DNA of 37,766 nucleotides from positions 1 to 37,766 of the IMG/VR virus record IMGVR_UViG_3300033076_000454; one strand, 5' to 3'. Source of the stretch: a virus (lineage: Duplodnaviria; Caudoviricetes). The translations under genes and the position numbers were made by a program. The notes beneath the pieces are model-generated. The model ran no database searches. It was not told where the DNA came from and was given only the letters and a program-made list of their open reading frames with translations. This document shows positions 35,482 to 37,766 of the stretch, one piece after another. The stretch's first letter is position 1. Every line of letters starts with the position of its first letter.

Positions 35482-36293
35482 AAACAGGAGCATTAATCTT
35501 TGCGTTCAATAACGAAAAAACGGATTATGTTAAAATGGCGACTTGGAGTGCTGAAAGGATTCGTCACTTTCTCAACATTCCGGTTGCACTCGTCACAGAT
35601 GCAACGGACCCTGGATTACATAAACGATTTGAGCACGTCATTTGCACATCGCCGCAAACCGGGGGTACAAGATACTTTGAAGATTATGCAGACACTGTTT
35701 CGTGGCACAACGCCGGAAGAACAGATGCTTACAGTTTATCTCCATTTGAACAAACCCTTGTCCTCGATTCCGATTACGTCGTCTGTGGTGATCAACTTAA
35801 ACGAGCCTTAGCAGCACCGCAGGACTTTATAGCGCATAGGTCAGCATTTAATATTGCTCGCGCTGATGAACCATTCTTAGATACGTTTGGCTCGCACAAG
35901 TTCCCTATGTGGTGGGCAACTGTAATGATGTTTAGAAAATCTAACACAGCACAATACATTTTTGATAGCATGGAAATGATCAAAAACAATTGGCAGCACT
36001 ACAGAAATTTGTATAGCATTAGTGAAAAGAACTATCGCAATGACTATGCTCTAAGTATTGCGCTGGGTATTGTATCTGGGCATACACTTGCAGTGGACTC
36101 TATTCCCTGGCCCTTGATGAGTGTGACACCCGATGTAGAATTAACAAGAGAAGTGTACGGCACAGGAAATCGCGAACTATGGCACATGCGATATCAAGGA
36201 CAAGATTGTAAGCCTAAGGCAGTAGGCATTACAGGACAAGACTTTCACGCTATGGGTAAAAAGTATTTGGAGGCAGTAATTGAAACCAATTGA
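35478..36293 (+). CDS. GT-A fold nucleotide-diphospho-sugar transferase-like protein
   Basis: GALIFAFN...Y..MA, LSPFEQTLVLDSD (DxD), WATVM.F, RNDYALSIA. Start placed at the TTG overlapping the upstream TGA; the ORF track gives 35442. Confidence 0.7.
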   Translation: MKTGALIFAFNNEKTDYVKMATWSAERIRHFLNIPVALVTDATDPGLHKRFEHVICTSPQTGGTRYFEDYADTVSWHNAGRTDAYSLSPFEQTLVLDSDYVVCGDQLKRALAAPQDFIAHRSAFNIARADEPFLDTFGSHKFPMWWATVMMFRKSNTAQYIFDSMEMIKNNWQHYRNLYSISEKNYRNDYALSIALGIVSGHTLAVDSIPWPLMSVTPDVELTREVYGTGNRELWHMRYQGQDCKPKAVGITGQDFHAMGKKYLEAVIETN

Positions 36294-37050
36294 AGAACAA
36301 GGATACATTATTCCTGCATTTAATGTAGGCGGCACTGATTATGTTGATTGTGCTAGAGCATTAGCAAAGACGCTGTTAATGCACAATCCTCGCGCTCGCA
36401 TTTGCTTGCTTACAAATGAAAAGTATGCAGCAGACCCTGTTCTGTTTGCGTACACGCACACAGTAGATATTCAAAACGAAAATCCTTTTGCTAACGACTA
36501 TCTGGTGTTTAAAAACACACCATTTCGTGAAACAATAAAACTAGAAGCAGACATGATGATTGCTAGTTCCATTGAGCATTGGTGGGATATGTTTAAGCAT
36601 CGTGATCTAGTAATATCTACAGGATGCAGGGATTGGAAAGACCATACAAGCACAGTTCGTAATTACCGACAAGTATTTGACGATAACAATCTCCCAGATG
36701 TGTACAATGCTATTACATATTGGCGTCTTTCAGAAACTGCAAAAGAGTTCTTTGATCTTGTGCGCGATATATTTGGGAATTGGGAACAGTTTAAAACCTT
36801 GTTAAAGTTTCCGCCTGATGCGCCCGATACTGACTTGGTGTATGCTATGGCCGCACAGATTATTGGACCAGAACGTTGCACATTGCCGTTTGCAAGCTAT
36901 CCAAAGATAGTGCATATGAAACGACACATAGCCGGAACACAAACAGAAGACTGGACAAAAGAACTAGTTTGGGAAACAGACCCATTAAGAATACAAACGG
37001 TTGCGCAATGGGGTGCTTTCCATTACAATGTAAAGGACTGGAATGTTTGA
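36280..37050 (+). CDS. GT-A fold glycosyltransferase-like protein (paralogue of the upstream gene)
   Basis: GYIIPAFN...DY..CA..LA, TPFRETIKLEADM (ExD), YNAITYW, TDLVYAMA, C-terminal FHY. GGAGG Shine-Dalgarno. Confidence 0.7.
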   Translation: MKPIEEQGYIIPAFNVGGTDYVDCARALAKTLLMHNPRARICLLTNEKYAADPVLFAYTHTVDIQNENPFANDYLVFKNTPFRETIKLEADMMIASSIEHWWDMFKHRDLVISTGCRDWKDHTSTVRNYRQVFDDNNLPDVYNAITYWRLSETAKEFFDLVRDIFGNWEQFKTLLKFPPDAPDTDLVYAMAAQIIGPERCTLPFASYPKIVHMKRHIAGTQTEDWTKELVWETDPLRIQTVAQWGAFHYNVKDWNV

Positions 37051-37354
37051 TATTGTGTGGCCCGAAGTCGAGCCGATATTCTATAGATTGTATTACAACA
37101 AAGAAGGAGTTCCGCTATTCTATAGCATGGAGGACTTACCAGGTAATTACTTAGAGCTAACACAAGAACAATACGCACAAGGTAAATCAAATATACGTGT
37201 GCGGGATGGACGAATAGTAGAACTAACGTGGACAACAAGTTATAAACTAGTACCTGGACAAACCGGTACACCTTGTGATCCACGTGACGTTGCAGTAGTT
37301 TCAAACAAAGACACAGCAACACATTGGAGCAAACGGACTTATGAGCAAAGTTGA
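37043..37354 (+). CDS. Hypothetical protein
   Basis: 103-aa ORF overlapping both neighbours, with an AAGGA Shine-Dalgarno; no motif recognised. Confidence 0.7.
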   Translation: MFDIVWPEVEPIFYRLYYNKEGVPLFYSMEDLPGNYLELTQEQYAQGKSNIRVRDGRIVELTWTTSYKLVPGQTGTPCDPRDVAVVSNKDTATHWSKRTYEQS

Positions 37355-37766
37355 TATAGCAGATTTAGATTGTATTTTTTTAACATATGACGAACCTAAC
37401 AAAGAAGAGTTTTGGGTCAAGATTAAAAACATGGTGCCTTGGGCCCAAAGGGTCGATGGTGTTAAGGGCTCTGACGCAGCACACAAGGCGGCCGCGGAAC
37501 TATCGAGCACTGAACGATTTATCCTTGTGGACGGAGACAACATCCCCGATCCAAGTTTTTTTAATCAAACGCTGCATTTTCCTAATGCGGAATACGAAAA
37601 TGCTGTGTTCCGTTGGAGAGCTAGAAATAACATCAATGGACTAATGTATGGCAATGGCGGATTATCATCGTGGACTAAGAGTTTTGTCGCTGCTATGCAG
37701 ACACACGAGAACACAGACGGACGAACTGAGTCTCAAGTTGAGTTTTGCTTTGAGCCAAATTACTGG
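37341..37766 (+). CDS. Glycosyltransferase-like (GT-A) protein, 3'-truncated by the window end; absent from the ORF track
   Basis: Open from the ATG at 37341 to the window end: MSKVDIADLDCIFLTYDEPN...RVDGVKGSDAAHKAAA...FILVDGDN...NGLMYGNGG, with a DxD motif after a hydrophobic strand. Confidence 0.75.
   Translation, partial: MSKVDIADLDCIFLTYDEPNKEEFWVKIKNMVPWAQRVDGVKGSDAAHKAAAELSSTERFILVDGDNIPDPSFFNQTLHFPNAEYENAVFRWRARNNINGLMYGNGGLSSWTKSFVAAMQTHENTDGRTESQVEFCFEPNYW

Noticed and set aside
710-37543. Remaining short ORFs (60-145 aa) nested in or antisense to the long genes
   Set aside because: Overlapped by genes with recognisable motifs, and with no independent motifs or signals.
37387-37644. 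85-aa + strand ORF from the track
   Set aside because: Out of frame inside the more convincing GT-like gene that starts at 37341 and runs off the window.
1-37766. CRISPR array, tRNA/rRNA, IS element, intein, or stop-codon recoding
   Set aside because: No spaced direct repeats, cloverleaf, transposase or intein splice motifs were seen by eye. Standard-code ORFs tile the window densely, so recoding is not needed.

Overview
The window is a gene-dense segment of a large T4-like (myovirus, probably jumbo) phage genome read in the standard code. It has two divergent arms that meet at a promoter region at 6418-6529. The leftward arm (- strand) runs: gp55-like late sigma factor with a large insertion, SGNH-fold protein, gp47/Mre11, gp46/Rad50, radical SAM protein, a short GIY-YIG nuclease, then a GC-rich, densely base-paired non-coding stretch that runs off the window edge. 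The rightward arm (+ strand) is a contractile-tail baseplate module: tube initiator, gp53-like, hub, gp5-like spike, possible lysozyme-like protein, gp25, gp6, and a 4744-aa giant wedge/adhesin protein. It continues with tail-fibre genes, a terminator, and a separately promoted cluster of GT-A glycosyltransferase-like genes. The best candidate for an undescribed system is the catalytic-domain-only GIY-YIG protein with the structured RNA-like element directly downstream. Other leads are a bipartite late-promoter motif (GCCGTT-N11-TAAATA), paired duplications on both arms of the gp46 coiled coil, and an unannotated 49-aa ORF resembling its neighbour's N-terminus. All calls come from reading motifs by eye; no searches or folding programs were run.
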